A DNA stretch of 24,087 bases from Candidatus Nanoarchaeia archaeon. Its GTDB lineage: Archaea; Nanobdellota; Nanobdellia; UBA10117. The position numbers were made by a program, and so were the translations under genes. Each line of letters starts with the position of its first letter. The stretch's first letter is position 1. Positions 24,038-24,087 of this stretch are shown in pieces. Where the stretch lies: NCBI GenBank assembly GCA_035283085.1, contig DATEUM010000059.1:1-24087 (forward strand), given 5' to 3'. The notes below the pieces were generated by a model. That model saw only the letters and a program-made list of their open reading frames with translations, was not told the DNA's origin and made no database searches.

Positions 24038-24087
24038 ATGAATTGGATTTTAGTTGCGCTTCTAGCTGGCGTGGTCTTGCTAGCAGG
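24038..24087 (+). CDS. Partial CDS, signal-peptide N-terminus (possible lipoprotein), runs off the window
   Basis: ATG 1 nt after the previous stop, SD-like GGAGG upstream, MNWILVALLAGVVLLA. Confidence 0.55.
   Translation, partial: MNWILVALLAGVVLLA

Overview
Archaeal genomic window (TFB, ribosomal protein S17e, Alba, archaeal YchF, XPD/Rad3, TTTAAA-type TATA boxes). A DPANN-like lineage is likely but is inference only. Layout: (1) 1-3712, a co-oriented trio of a class III ribonucleotide reductase (NrdD)-like barrel that seems to have lost its catalytic cysteines and its whole glycyl-radical domain, an unannotated protein with protein-kinase/APH-type catalytic motifs, and a xylose-isomerase/endonuclease-IV-like TIM barrel; (2) 3.9-6.5 kb, small mostly orphan genes; (3) 6.7-15.6 kb, housekeeping genes (HAD hydrolase, ychF, a divergent TFB, rps17e, alba, tandem-domain thyX, tmk, XPD); (4) 15.7-24.1 kb, a copper and thiol/disulfide cluster (ArsR, YHS, membrane-cupredoxin fusion, Cu(+) P1B-ATPase apparently starting at AUA, C2H2-DsbA, rhodanese-like, VKOR, membrane-wHTH, then a second ArsR operon behind a perfect 20-bp palindrome). 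The main signal not explained by the ORFs is a family of four dispersed 60-105 bp imperfect palindromes (6593, 10893, 13591, 17090) with shared ends, a shared inner module and conserved mismatches. One copy has its inner module inverted and one supplies the C-terminal tail of XPD. I found no tRNA, rRNA, CRISPR array, transposase or integrase. All alignments were done by eye or from recalled family motifs, with no database searches.
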